Part shown: positions 1 to 10,385 of the stretch, piece after piece
Layout: each line of letters opens with the position of its first letter
Numbering within the stretch: the stretch's first letter is position 1
The notes under the pieces: model-generated
Database searches by the model: none
What the model saw: the letters and a program-made list of their open reading frames with translations, nothing else
What the model was told of the DNA's origin: nothing
Source: Candidatus Omnitrophota bacterium
Lineage (GTDB): Bacteria > Omnitrophota > Omnitrophia > Omnitrophales > JACROU01
Length of the DNA stretch: 64,000 nt
Direction: 5' to 3'
Assembly: GCA_029261035.1 (NCBI GenBank)
Contig: JAJDCD010000008.1
Location: 300,480-364,479 of the forward strand
Program-made: the position numbers and the translations under genes

Positions 1-692
1 GAAGGAACACCTCCATTTATAAGTCCTTGATGGTTATAACCATAAACTCCAGAAGGAGAAATAACATACTCCGTATTTTGCCCTGCTAATTGTACATCCA
101 TTCCGCTAGGCTGATCTACCGCATGATTTCTTGGATGTGTATGAATAATCAAGTCCGCTTCATTCAATAATGTATTCGCAGGTCCCAAAACTCTAATTTC
201 GGATTCATTCCCACTGGAAAACATAACGATTTCCCCATGAATCACAGCAATACCAACTTCAAAGGGCAAATTCAATAAACTTAAAACATCTTCTTCTTCA
301 ACGTTTTCCAATACAACAGCTGAGGCATATTCAGGGCGAAAAAGGTCCAAAGCCTCTTCAACACTATATCTTTCTAACTCATAAGGAACACGAACCTCCT
401 CTTCAACTTCTTCCACTTCAGATTCACGAATACTTTCTTCCCCTAACATAAAATCAGAAGTGGATGCAGTAACCTCTCTAACAAACAGAGCTTCGCTACG
501 AAGACGTTCTTCTTCTTGCTTTTGATCATATTCTTCCAGACTAATAGTTCTTGCATGAGGACTCGTTTCCTCTTCTGCAAGCATAGTAAAATTTGCAATA
601 ACTTGTTGCGAGTATCCCGGTAAGGTTTGAAACAAAACTAGAAGGAATATTAAGCTAGATGAAATCCATTTTTGATATAATTTGTTTTCCAT
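1..692 (-). CDS. Hypothetical secreted protein; 5' end complete, 3' end runs off the window edge
   Basis: ATG at 690-692 preceded by AGGAGA SD. N-terminal hydrophobic signal-like segment (MENKLYQKWISSSLIFLLVLFQTLPG). ORF stays open to position 1. Confidence 0.5.
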   Translation of the reverse strand, partial: MENKLYQKWISSSLIFLLVLFQTLPGYSQQVIANFTMLAEEETSPHARTISLEEYDQKQEEERLRSEALFVREVTASTSDFMLGEESIRESEVEEVEEEVRVPYELERYSVEEALDLFRPEYASAVVLENVEEEDVLSLLNLPFEVGIAVIHGEIVMFSSGNESEIRVLGPANTLLNEADLIIHTHPRNHAVDQPSGMDVQLAGQNTEYVISPSGVYGYNHQGLINGGVP

Positions 693-714
693 TATAGATC
701 TCCTTTTTTAAAAT

Positions 715-3700
715 CTAAGCTGAAGTCAGAACTCCTTGTACGTAGTTCTTCCATTCTTGAGCCCATTTTTGAATTTGCTCTGACAAGAAATTTGAAGCAT
801 AAGAATCTCTAGAATTTAAATTAATAGAAGCTTTTTGTTCTGGTGAAAGCTCACTAAAAGATAAAACGGCAATTCTTCCACTCAACACACGTACAAAGGC
901 CAAATCAGAATCATAATTAACTTGTTTTTCAGACGTCAAATCATTATAGATTCGAACAGAGTCCCCATACCCAAGGCCTTCAATTCTCTCTGAAGCACCT
1001 AAAAACACGGTGTGATTCATCAGCCCAAGTAAACGGTTCGGCAACTTAATTCCATGCTGCATAATGCCTCTATAAACTTGATTCATAAGCTTATATTTCA
1101 AATATTTTTTCAGTTCTTTTTGACTGATATTCGTTAGGACAATCACATCAAAACGATCTCCAATCACTTTCTGAACCCCATCCATTTGTGATTGAATTCG
1201 ATCAACCACGGATTGAACCTGAGTTACATCAGACCCCGTATAAATCAACCTGACAAATAATTCAGGATGAACTTTTAAGTTAGCAAGAATGCTTTGAATA
1301 TCACTTTCAGATAAAGGAGTATCTTCAATAACTTCGATTTGCAAACCCACTCCCCATTTTAGATCTGTAAGTAAAGTTGAAGCTTTCTGTAACAGATTTA
1401 CTTCTGTTTGAACATTCGATTCAAAATTGCCTGTATCTTCTTGTGATTGAGCGGAAGCTTTTAAATCAACCAGTTCTTCGATAAGAGTTCTCATAATAGC
1501 AATAGAAAATCCTTCAATTCTTTTTGAAAGACTTTCATAAGTAGGTAGAACAGAACCTAATGCAAGTGATGTGGATAAAACCAAAGATCTATTAAAAGAA
1601 GTCTTTTCAGAATTCAGCAAGGTTCCTAAACTGCGCGCAGTCACTCCACCAAGTTCCAATACAAGAGTTGACTGGTGCGGATTCGCGTCGCCCGTAACTT
1701 GTGTAGAAAGAAGTTCTACTTGAACAATCTTGTCTCGGTCTAGAGCCGCTAAAGGAGAGTTTGCTCCAGAAAATATACTGAGTCCTACATTCTGATTTTC
1801 AACTCCTTGGAACAAAAGGCTTTCTGCAATTGCTCCACTATTATCTGTAAAACGAATAATAAATTGTTGAGGCACATCCGTTGTTGTGCGAAGTAAATTT
1901 ATATCTAACTGATCTCCTAAGACAAAAAATGTATTGGGTTGAGTCGGAGTTAAAATAAACCCGCTTTCAGTATTTGTGGAATCTGTTGCAAAATTTAATG
2001 TTAGCTGCTCTGGATTTTGAGCATTCTGAGTTAAACTCGTTCCGCTAGAAGAATTACCTGTCTTTGTGAAGTCTGCATTTTGAGTAGGGTCAATGTTTCC
2101 AAGAGCTGCAAAGCTAGTTGTACTTAGAGCTGGAAAAGAGGCTCCTATACTAGTTTCACTTGAAGCAGCAAAGCCTTGAATTTCAACAATAACTTCCCCT
2201 GTCATTGTCTGGTCATCAGAAAGAACCAAATTAAGCTCTAAAACTTGTGCTAAATCAAAACCTGTAGGAATAGTTGCTGGGTCCAATAGAATTTCAAAAA
2301 CATGGTTATTAGCGGCTACCTGTTGAGCTAGAGTTTTGTATACTTCTCCTGCCCTATCTTTCAACTCAACTATAATACTAGAAGGAATACTCCCTGAAGC
2401 AAACTGAACATTCATACGAAATAAGCCATTCAAATTATTGAAATTCATAAAATCTTCAGGATCGGTAGGCTGAGGGGTGTCATTATTATTAGTCGTAATT
2501 TGCAAACCAGAAAATTCACCATTTTCTGTTTTAAATATTAGTTTAACTTTATTAGCCCCTATCCTCTGAACTGTTGTTCCAGGAACAGAGCCTCCTAATG
2601 TTTTAATTTCTGGAATTCTAGGGTTTGATGAGACAACTACAACAGAACTCAAACTTGTAGTCATCGCTGTTGGAACAGAATTTTGAGCTGTTATTCTTCT
2701 TAAAGAATTCACTCCTTGAAAAGTCACTCTCAGATCCCCCTCAAAACTGCCAGAAACAGATGTGTTCTGACTACTAATCAAACTAATCTCTAAAATACGA
2801 GTTAAGATCAAATTAACACTGGATAAAGGAACCCGTAAAGTCGCTTTAGAACCATCAAATTGAGTGATAGAAAAAGACTTGCTAAACGTAATTCCCATTT
2901 CATCAACAAACTGAACTTTAAATTCATTCGGTAAGTCCCCTGAAATTTTCTCAATATTGAATACTATTTCTGAAAAGGAAGAAATATCCATAAAGTCTTC
3001 GGCTGTTTTATTAGCAATCACTCCATTATCATCTTTATTATCTTTGGTAATAGTAACTCCACTATAATCAAAATTATTATTTGGATTTGTTGGCTGAGCA
3101 GTATGCTTATAGTGCCAAATAACACTATTCTGACTATCAAAAAAGACTGTCGTTTCTATGTTGCTGCCCCCCGTGACCTCTGCGAAGGATGTCCTTAATT
3201 GCCTAGGAAACAAAGTAGTACTGCTATCTACTACAGCCGGCTGAGACACGGCAATCTGCGGCAGACCAGCTGCAGTTCCAGAAGATCCAGAGTCACCTCC
3301 ATGATGACAAGCAGAAAGAGCAAAACTAACTAATCCTAATAGCATAACCATCTTTAAAGACGAAAGAGTAAACTTAAACCGAGGCAGATAACCCTTCAGA
3401 GTTCCACCCAAACTTCGAGCCATCAAAACATCTTCTTTAACAGACTGCTGGTTTTCTAATGCACTATCTAATTCTAATAAATTCCCTACCGAAAACTGAA
3501 CACCTGGTCTAAAGCTTTTCCAAGAAATCCTTAGTAGGGCCACTCCTTCAGAATCCAAAATAGGTAACACCTGAATCTCTTCACCCATAAATAAATCATT
3601 CTTTCTTAACTCTAATTGAAGAGTATGGGCTAACGATTGCAAATCTAATCTAGAGTCTGAATTTTTCACCAAATCAGTTATAGCTTCATGGATGCCCACT

Positions 3701-5460
3701 TTCACAAAAGCTTCCATCATCCATTTAACACGGTTGCGATCCCAAGCACCTAAGTCACTCTGATAGCCTTCTGCCATAAAAAGCTCCGGAACAATGTAAG
3801 ACTCAACAGGCTTCCTACTCTCTTGAACACGCCCTAATAAAACTTCTTCATAAATTTCAGATAAATACTGATCCCCTTCAGTACCTGTTTGATAAACTTG
3901 AGGAGCTATACTGATAAATCCTAAACCCCTACGCTTCATCTCTTCTTGAATTCCTTTTGTATGATACCCTCCAGTTACAAATGCAATAGCTGACGTCTTA
4001 TGTCTGTGACTTAAATGAACTAAATTATCAACAAATGATATTTCCCTCTGCTCTGCACCGTCATAAAACTCTAATGCTAATCGATATTGTTGAAGCAATG
4101 AAGATTTGGTTTCATTAAAATATTCAAAAAAATCAAGATCTAACCCCTCTACGGAAACCCCTAAAGAATCTATTATATTCTCCGATCTGCTTCTCACATG
4201 ATCTAAATCAGAACGTGAAGCTTCTAAAAACAACACTCTTTTCAATAAATGAAACTCTCTTTCAGCATGGATAAGTTCTTCTTCGTCATTAGATTTAGCC
4301 ATATTTCTTTCTAATCGGTATACCAACTGATCAAACTCATTAAAGAAAGCCGTTCCTTCAATCTCTTCCTTTAATATAAGATTTTTTAGAACCCTTAATA
4401 TTGAGGGAAAAGAGTCCCAACCATTAGAACTTTTGACAACATAAGTATGTAATTGCTCAAACATCTCTCTCCAAGTTTTATAATGAGCACTTAATTTAGG
4501 ATCTATTAAATTCATTGTTATTAATTCATGAATTAAAGCATTTAAGTTCAAAAGAGCATGCTTTTCATCCCTGAGTAATGCCCGCAAATTCTCTAACTCC
4601 TCAGAAAAAGTTTCAGCGCTATATTCCTCTGATTCATTTATAAGGAAATACATTCTATAAAGGTTGGGGTAATCTAGTTGAATTAAAGGATTTTCAAAAT
4701 CAAGAGCAAGTCTTTCCTCTGCCTCTTTTAAAGTTTTCTTATAAAAGTAAGGCGCATTCATAGATTTTCTATTTTGAAATGTTTGATATAACTGGTCATA
4801 CTTCAAAAGTTGAGGGTTATAGAAATTTGTTTTAAGCTTTGCTATTTTTAAATCTACTTGTTTCAATTCTTTCTTTACATCAACCTTTTCTTTAAGTGCT
4901 TTTCGAAACAACTTTATATTATCTTTATACCTATCCAAATCCTCTATCCCGCTTACATTGATCTCCGTAGAAGATCCACTCTGTTCTAAAACAAAAAGCT
5001 CGCCACCTGTAATAAGTCCTTTTTCTAATAAATAATTCGCAATTACTAAATTATTATTTTTATTTTCCGTGATCTTTAAGACATTCGGGTCTATTTTTTT
5101 ATGTGCCCCTTCAAAAGCAAACGTGTTTATATTGTAAGTATCTTTTACGTATTTTAATAAATGAGAAATCTTTCTTTGAATTGGAGCATTTGTATGGGCA
5201 TCTTGAATATGAATAAAAGTTGGGAGTTTCTGTGTTTCTTGTTTTGGTAATCGAAAATGTTGAATACTTCCAATATTTTCCGGAACAGAAAAACCTTTGA
5301 GCACTTTTATATTTTCGAAAGAATTAGCTTTAGGATTGATAGTAATGCTAGAAAAGTTAATTGGAGTTTGAGAGAAAACACTTGAAGAAATCATCATGAT
5401 CACAACTAAAAGAGAAATAATTTTTATATTATTTTTATAACTCATATGATTACCCTTCAC
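715..5460 (-). CDS. Giant secreted protein (1581 aa). N-terminal signal peptide, conserved N-terminal domain shared with the 17993-22651 paralog, and an internal hydrophobic lipobox-like segment (MVMLLGLVSFALSAC)
   Basis: Long ORF with a signal peptide. Shares QDAH and GG[YF]H motifs and a block of about 450 aa with the second giant ORF. Confidence 0.75.
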   Translation of the reverse strand: MKGNHMSYKNNIKIISLLVVIMMISSSVFSQTPINFSSITINPKANSFENIKVLKGFSVPENIGSIQHFRLPKQETQKLPTFIHIQDAHTNAPIQRKISHLLKYVKDTYNINTFAFEGAHKKIDPNVLKITENKNNNLVIANYLLEKGLITGGELFVLEQSGSSTEINVSGIEDLDRYKDNIKLFRKALKEKVDVKKELKQVDLKIAKLKTNFYNPQLLKYDQLYQTFQNRKSMNAPYFYKKTLKEAEERLALDFENPLIQLDYPNLYRMYFLINESEEYSAETFSEELENLRALLRDEKHALLNLNALIHELITMNLIDPKLSAHYKTWREMFEQLHTYVVKSSNGWDSFPSILRVLKNLILKEEIEGTAFFNEFDQLVYRLERNMAKSNDEEELIHAEREFHLLKRVLFLEASRSDLDHVRSRSENIIDSLGVSVEGLDLDFFEYFNETKSSLLQQYRLALEFYDGAEQREISFVDNLVHLSHRHKTSAIAFVTGGYHTKGIQEEMKRRGLGFISIAPQVYQTGTEGDQYLSEIYEEVLLGRVQESRKPVESYIVPELFMAEGYQSDLGAWDRNRVKWMMEAFVKVGIHEAITDLVKNSDSRLDLQSLAHTLQLELRKNDLFMGEEIQVLPILDSEGVALLRISWKSFRPGVQFSVGNLLELDSALENQQSVKEDVLMARSLGGTLKGYLPRFKFTLSSLKMVMLLGLVSFALSACHHGGDSGSSGTAAGLPQIAVSQPAVVDSSTTLFPRQLRTSFAEVTGGSNIETTVFFDSQNSVIWHYKHTAQPTNPNNNFDYSGVTITKDNKDDNGVIANKTAEDFMDISSFSEIVFNIEKISGDLPNEFKVQFVDEMGITFSKSFSITQFDGSKATLRVPLSSVNLILTRILEISLISSQNTSVSGSFEGDLRVTFQGVNSLRRITAQNSVPTAMTTSLSSVVVVSSNPRIPEIKTLGGSVPGTTVQRIGANKVKLIFKTENGEFSGLQITTNNNDTPQPTDPEDFMNFNNLNGLFRMNVQFASGSIPSSIIVELKDRAGEVYKTLAQQVAANNHVFEILLDPATIPTGFDLAQVLELNLVLSDDQTMTGEVIVEIQGFAASSETSIGASFPALSTTSFAALGNIDPTQNADFTKTGNSSSGTSLTQNAQNPEQLTLNFATDSTNTESGFILTPTQPNTFFVLGDQLDINLLRTTTDVPQQFIIRFTDNSGAIAESLLFQGVENQNVGLSIFSGANSPLAALDRDKIVQVELLSTQVTGDANPHQSTLVLELGGVTARSLGTLLNSEKTSFNRSLVLSTSLALGSVLPTYESLSKRIEGFSIAIMRTLIEELVDLKASAQSQEDTGNFESNVQTEVNLLQKASTLLTDLKWGVGLQIEVIEDTPLSESDIQSILANLKVHPELFVRLIYTGSDVTQVQSVVDRIQSQMDGVQKVIGDRFDVIVLTNISQKELKKYLKYKLMNQVYRGIMQHGIKLPNRLLGLMNHTVFLGASERIEGLGYGDSVRIYNDLTSEKQVNYDSDLAFVRVLSGRIAVLSFSELSPEQKASINLNSRDSYASNFLSEQIQKWAQEWKNYVQGVLTSA

Positions 5461-5718
5461 ATATTAACTTTAATTTTATTAAACATTTTTTAATATATTA
5501 ATAAAGATTGTTAAAAGTTAGCACATAGCTGAAAAATTGTCAAACTTAAAGTATTATTGAGATATATTGAGATATAAGGGTTTATTAAGAATATTTAGAG
5601 ATATATAAGGATAATTACTTATAAATGGTCTAAAATGGTGTTTTATATAAAGAATTTATAGAATTAGCTTATAAGTGAATTACTTAAAATATCTAATTTT
5701 GAGAGATAATGAAGAAAA

Positions 5719-5795
5719 TGGTGGGCGATGGAGGGATCGAACCCCCGACCTTCTGAATGTAAGTCAGACGCTCTAACCAGCTGAGCTAATCGCCC
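5719..5795 (-). tRNA. tRNA-Val (anticodon TAC)
   Basis: Reverse complement folds as a cloverleaf: acceptor GGGCGAT/ATCGCCC, D-stem GCTC/GAGC, anticodon stem TCTGA/TCAGA with loop CTTACAT, T-arm GGGGG-TTCGATC-CCTCC, discriminator A, encoded CCA. Confidence 0.85.
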
Positions 5796-5797
5796 AC

Positions 5798-6190
5798 AAG
5801 AGGGGTAATACTTACTACTGTTATAACCTTACAAAACTTCTTAGAACTTTCAAGTTCTTGTCCTTCACCTTCTGGTGGAGGGAGCTAATCGCCCTAATTC
5901 GTAGGATATTCGGTATTATTATATACTTCCGGTACTAATTATCAATTACTACTACTTGTCCTTCACCTTTGGTGGAGGAAGCTAATCGCCCACAAGAGGT
6001 GTAATACTTAAAGTGTATATAACCTTACAAAACTTCTTAGGACTTTCAACCACTTGTCCTTCGCCCTATGGCGGAGGGAGCTAATCGCCCACAAGAGGGG
6101 TAATACTTACTACTGTTATAACCTTACAAAACTTCTTAGGACTTTCAACTACTTGTCCTTCAGCCAAGCTGGAGGAAAGCAGTCGCCCAC
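5798..6190. repeat. Tandem array of four approximately 120-bp units, each a copy of the tRNA-Val upstream region plus a degenerate internally deleted tRNA-Val stub (…ggagggagctaatcgcccac…)
   Basis: The 13 nt from the tRNA 5' acceptor/D-arm (gagctaatcgccc) plus the following 2 nt (ac), fused to a T-stem/CCA remnant (tggtggagg), recur at about 5873, 5980, 6070 and 6168. The approximately 75-bp segment found upstream of the real tRNA recurs between them. Confidence 0.8.
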
Positions 6191-6302
6191 TAAGATATAA
6201 TACTAATACAAAGATTTCTATCGAAATAGTTCTACGAGAATAGTTTTTCGAGAAAGTAGTATACTAAATTATATAAGAATGTAAAGGCTTAAGAACAAGA
6301 AA

Positions 6303-7835
6303 TTAAGCTCTTTGTGTGACGAATGCAGTTACTTCTACATTGGGGCTATTCACTCTCTCAACATTAAGTAAAGCTAATGTTTGAGTACCTTCTTCAAAAA
6401 GTAATATATTATTTCCGGGAGCCAATTGAGTTCCTGCTGAACGAACAAACTCCTGAGCTATATTTACACTAATTAGTCTACTCGCAAGATCATCAAAAGC
6501 TGAACTTCCATTATTTTTAGCAATATATAAATCTGTGTTACTAGATGGTGAAGGGAATATACTGGGTGTTCCGGAAGCAAGAAAAGTTCCTGCAACTTCA
6601 TTTGGAACTGAAGAAACTGGAGCAAATTTTAATTGTAGTGTAGCAAAATCAATAAAGATAGATCCTCCACCAGCAGAAAAGCTAAAGCTTTGACGAATAC
6701 CAACATTATCACCCGGCTCATAACTCAACCTTATATCAAAAGGACCACTTTTAGTACCAAGCTTAGGATCAAAGACAAAAGAATTAAATACATCTAAAGT
6801 TCCATCACCAAATTTAGCTGTATTAGCAATTGCATAAGCACTATCTCCGGAATCCTGAATCAGTTCTATTCCAGTTGTTCCAAACCCTTGACTCGATCCA
6901 CCATCTATATCTTCGTTATATTTAATTGAAGGATTAAAACCAATAGCATCATTTCCATAACTGCCTCTAATTCCAATTTGGCCGATAGGATTTTGCGATA
7001 ACTCCAAACCATCTTCAGGCACATTCAAAAGAGCCCCTAGAGCTTTAGCAATATCAATTCTTCCTTTTGTTGATACCGCACTACTTGAACCTGAATCAAT
7101 TCCTTGATTAGTATTCCCTTGATTGTTAATAGCATCATTTCCACTTCGACCGCTAATAGTAGGTGTATTTAAGTTTGTTCCTGGTTGATTAGGAATTGTT
7201 CTTGAATCAAGATCAATAGTTTTTCCATCAACACCCACACTTCCCTCTCCTCTTCTTACTCCATAACCTTCTAAAGCGTCTTCTGCGCCTTGTGTAATAT
7301 CTGCATGAGCGGACTTAAATAACGAAAACCCTGTTTTGTTATTAGCAACAACAATTTGGCGTGGCTGAATTCTAAATGTTGCAGAAGAACCTGAAGAACG
7401 AGTAAGAATTATCTTCCCACTATCTCGATCCGTAATCTCTCGTGTCCACCTATATTGAACTGTAATCAAAAGAGGGTTCCCTCTTTGAACTTCAACGCTA
7501 TCAATTCCATTTAAAACCAGGCGTATATTCTCAACCAAATTATGATCTTCACGTATACTCACAGCAAAGTCAGCTTTTCTAAAACCTCTATCATTGGAAT
7601 AATCATCTGCAATGTATTTCATTACAGAACTATAATTACCTTTACTATACGAATCAAAAATTTTTCTTAGTGTTAAACTAGCAATTTGTTTTAACAGATT
7701 CTCATCAGCTAGTTTAACAAACTCTTCTTCTGAAATAACTGTTTTTGAAAACACGCTAGGATTAGGAACCACAGAACTAACAAAGAATACGCTAATCAAA
7801 ACAAAAATTTTAAGTGGTGTAATTATTTTTTTCAT
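6303..7835 (-). CDS. Secreted Gly/Ser/Asn-rich hypothetical protein (510 aa)
   Basis: Signal peptide MKKIITPLKIFVLISVFFVSSVV. Last gene of a tightly spaced minus-strand operon. Confidence 0.7.
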   Translation of the reverse strand: MKKIITPLKIFVLISVFFVSSVVPNPSVFSKTVISEEEFVKLADENLLKQIASLTLRKIFDSYSKGNYSSVMKYIADDYSNDRGFRKADFAVSIREDHNLVENIRLVLNGIDSVEVQRGNPLLITVQYRWTREITDRDSGKIILTRSSGSSATFRIQPRQIVVANNKTGFSLFKSAHADITQGAEDALEGYGVRRGEGSVGVDGKTIDLDSRTIPNQPGTNLNTPTISGRSGNDAINNQGNTNQGIDSGSSSAVSTKGRIDIAKALGALLNVPEDGLELSQNPIGQIGIRGSYGNDAIGFNPSIKYNEDIDGGSSQGFGTTGIELIQDSGDSAYAIANTAKFGDGTLDVFNSFVFDPKLGTKSGPFDIRLSYEPGDNVGIRQSFSFSAGGGSIFIDFATLQLKFAPVSSVPNEVAGTFLASGTPSIFPSPSSNTDLYIAKNNGSSAFDDLASRLISVNIAQEFVRSAGTQLAPGNNILLFEEGTQTLALLNVERVNSPNVEVTAFVTQRA

Positions 7836-7865
7836 TCTTTTCCCTTTTTATTAATTATGAATGAA

Positions 7866-8378
7866 TTACGGTGTAACACCAAAAATGGCAGCTCCGGTCT
7901 GGTCATTCAGAGTTGCTTTACCATTTTCAACTTCAAAAATAAATTGCGTTTGTCCTTGCATCAAAATTGGGGCTGTTGCCATAACCATCTGAGGCATCCA
8001 AGAACGATCCCAATGAAAATTGATACTTACATTATTTCCTTCTGCTTCTATATCATCAATGAAGTATTCTATACGAATTACGTCAAATGTCTGAAAGTCA
8101 TTCTCAACTCTATCTTTAAAATCCAGGTAGCCTCTATTAAAACGATTATTGATAAGATTGAAAAAAGTAAATAGACTTTCTCTTTCAAAAGCTCGGACTA
8201 AATCATCCAGAGCCTTCTTAGCCGCTTTAATATTCTCAGTTTCATTCGCTGTTACTGGATAATCAGTTTCCTTAGCGTTCGCATTATAATTCTCTGACGG
8301 CTTACTAGCAAAAGCAATGCTAATCGCACTCACCATCATTAAAAAAACAATTATTCTTATTTTATTCATAAGTGTCAC
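7866..8378 (-). CDS. Secreted hypothetical protein (170 aa)
   Basis: Signal peptide ending AFAS. 8-nt gap to the upstream OMP gene. Confidence 0.65.
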   Translation of the reverse strand: MTLMNKIRIIVFLMMVSAISIAFASKPSENYNANAKETDYPVTANETENIKAAKKALDDLVRAFERESLFTFFNLINNRFNRGYLDFKDRVENDFQTFDVIRIEYFIDDIEAEGNNVSINFHWDRSWMPQMVMATAPILMQGQTQFIFEVENGKATLNDQTGAAIFGVTP

Positions 8379-8386
8379 TTCCTTAC

Positions 8387-10033
8387 TTAGTACTTAAATT
8401 GTAGACGTACAGAACCCACATTTTCTTCAAAATCACTGATACTTCTTTGGAATTCTTGGTCATATTGTCTCCAAGAGACTACAAGCATCACATTGTCCAA
8501 GATGTCATATTCTGCGTTAATTCTCCATGACTGCCTATTCGTATCTGTATCCGCAAAAGAACTATCCACATAATTAATACCATAATTAAAATTAACACGA
8601 AGACGGTCGAAAAATTCAGCTCTCATCCCCCAAACAAAATCACGAAAAGTGCTTCTGTTTGGAATATCATCCAAACGATCATTTCTCATTGTCATATCAA
8701 AATAAGGAGCTAACCAAAACTGATCGAATTTCATGCGATGATCAAAACCAATTCGATATTCATGAACTGTTTGATCCGTAACACCTGCATCATCGGTTCT
8801 TTTTCTAATATCATAACCACCACGAAGATTAATCCCATAAATAAGTTGTTTAGAAACTTCAACCCCAGTCAAATGAGTATCTGTATCTGTTAATGAGTTC
8901 GAAGCTTTTACATGTCTGTAATCATAAAAAGGACGAATAACAAAGTCTGTCATATTAGAAAATGGTGTTATGTCTAAACTAAATCGAGGATTAAATGTAC
9001 GCGTTGATGTGATGATGTCATCATCTAAATTATTACGAAGAGTTCTAAGGTTTGAGTTCAAAGTCCAATACTGATTAAAGATTTGTCTCCAACCAGCATA
9101 AAAAGCTTCTCTGTCACCCACAAACGAACCGGATGAAGCAATAAAATCTGGCTTCACACGATCATAATCAAAGCTGATGTACGATTGCCCCATTCGACTA
9201 TCAAAATTGTAATCTGTTTTTAATGTAAAAGCTGTTCCGTGAAGATCCCCGGCAATCACCTGGTCATCATGATCTCCCGTAATGGATTTAGCCAACTCAA
9301 GTTCAATTCTTAAATCATCAATAGCCCTGATCTTAATATTACCACCAACAAGAAAGTTGTTTAAATCAGCCACACCCAGATCAAACTTTGTACTTCCACC
9401 ACTATCAAAGGTATGAACCACCGTCTGACCTAAAGTAATATCATTAATCACATCTTTAATAAAAGGAGTTTCTGAAATCCAACTTTGAGGCACTTTTTGA
9501 TCTACATGATAACCCCAAACATAACGCGTATTTCTGACCCGTTCCAAACTACGAAATTGACGCCCTGCGATTAAATTCAGATTTGTTCCTGCTCGCTTAT
9601 TCCAGTCCGCTTTAAAATTAAAACCTTCAAAAGAACGATTTAAAGTGAGGTTCGTAAATTGTGTATAAAAATCACCAAAAGTTAATTGGTAATTTTTGTT
9701 ATATAACTTTGAGGTTAACTGTAAAAGATGGACATCTTGACGTGTATCTACTTGTTGATCGTCGGTTTTACGAACACGTATGTCGGTGTCCCATCTCCAA
9801 CCATTCTTCAATTTCTTTCGTGCATTTGCAATGAAGTCATTTGTTAAACTATAACCTTCATCTACAAAAGAAAGATTTTCATTCCCATCAATCTGAGAAA
9901 AACTTCCTGTCTCTATAATACTTCCTGAAATGCTTGTATCTAGGATTTCAATCTTCGCATAAGCAGGATTAAGAGAAAGAGCCAAAATAACCAAAAGTGC
10001 AATAAATGATTTTATTTTAAGTTGTTTTTTCAT
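8387..10033 (-). CDS. Outer-membrane β-barrel protein (548 aa)
   Basis: Signal peptide ending AYA. Alternating amphipathic β-strand pattern. C-terminal aromatic residue (…RLQFKY). Confidence 0.6.
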   Translation of the reverse strand: MKKQLKIKSFIALLVILALSLNPAYAKIEILDTSISGSIIETGSFSQIDGNENLSFVDEGYSLTNDFIANARKKLKNGWRWDTDIRVRKTDDQQVDTRQDVHLLQLTSKLYNKNYQLTFGDFYTQFTNLTLNRSFEGFNFKADWNKRAGTNLNLIAGRQFRSLERVRNTRYVWGYHVDQKVPQSWISETPFIKDVINDITLGQTVVHTFDSGGSTKFDLGVADLNNFLVGGNIKIRAIDDLRIELELAKSITGDHDDQVIAGDLHGTAFTLKTDYNFDSRMGQSYISFDYDRVKPDFIASSGSFVGDREAFYAGWRQIFNQYWTLNSNLRTLRNNLDDDIITSTRTFNPRFSLDITPFSNMTDFVIRPFYDYRHVKASNSLTDTDTHLTGVEVSKQLIYGINLRGGYDIRKRTDDAGVTDQTVHEYRIGFDHRMKFDQFWLAPYFDMTMRNDRLDDIPNRSTFRDFVWGMRAEFFDRLRVNFNYGINYVDSSFADTDTNRQSWRINAEYDILDNVMLVVSWRQYDQEFQRSISDFEENVGSVRLQFKY

Positions 10034-10045
10034 AGGCTTATCCTA

Positions 10046-10384
10046 TTAGACTTCAACTTCTTGTTTTATTCTTAATAATTCTCTATTCACCAACTCTGCT
10101 TTACTGCTAAGAGATAAGTTTTCAGAATCTTCCCTGCCATCTAACAATTCAGAATCCGGTATCTTTGTTGGTTCAGGAACTTTCTTGCCCAAAACAACTC
10201 CTATAACTTGTTCCCCTGTGTCCACAAGCTTTTCATCTACAATATTACCGGCACGGTTCAAACTGGCTACGTTTCCTTTACCATTAAAAAAAGCCGCATC
10301 GGTTTGCACGGCAAAAGCTGTGCCTACAGATAAAACAACAATACATACAAATAAAGGTAATACTTTAAATAACTGTTTCATCAT
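10046..10384 (-). CDS. Small secreted/periplasmic protein (112 aa)
   Basis: Signal peptide ending AFA. Sits between the FecR-like and OMP genes. Confidence 0.55.
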   Translation of the reverse strand: MMKQLFKVLPLFVCIVVLSVGTAFAVQTDAAFFNGKGNVASLNRAGNIVDEKLVDTGEQVIGVVLGKKVPEPTKIPDSELLDGREDSENLSLSSKAELVNRELLRIKQEVEV

Positions 10385-10385
10385 A

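Noticed and set aside
3250-3400. Considered whether each giant ORF is really two genes (an internal lipoprotein starting at MVMLLGLVSFALSAC).
   Set aside because: No SD-like sequence was found before the internal ATG of the first copy, and both paralogs keep an uninterrupted frame. Reported as one CDS with the alternative noted.
5798-6190. Considered a CRISPR array because of regularly spaced approximately 45-bp repeats.
   Set aside because: The 'spacers' are themselves near-identical copies of the tRNA upstream region and the repeats are tRNA fragments. No cas genes. This is a tandem segmental duplication, not CRISPR.
5798-6190. Considered attL/attR footprints of serial integrase-mediated insertions at tRNA-Val.
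   Set aside because: Duplicates lie on the 5' side of the tRNA and contain 5'-acceptor sequence. Integrases duplicate the 3' end on the other side.
7857-8174. Plus-strand ORF antisense to the 7866-8378 secreted-protein gene. The same applies to 10185-10409, 10474-10665, 13174-13470, 23307-23739, 24853-25062 and 26201-26464.
   Set aside because: Overlap better-supported minus-strand genes that have signal peptides or domain signatures. Likely spurious.
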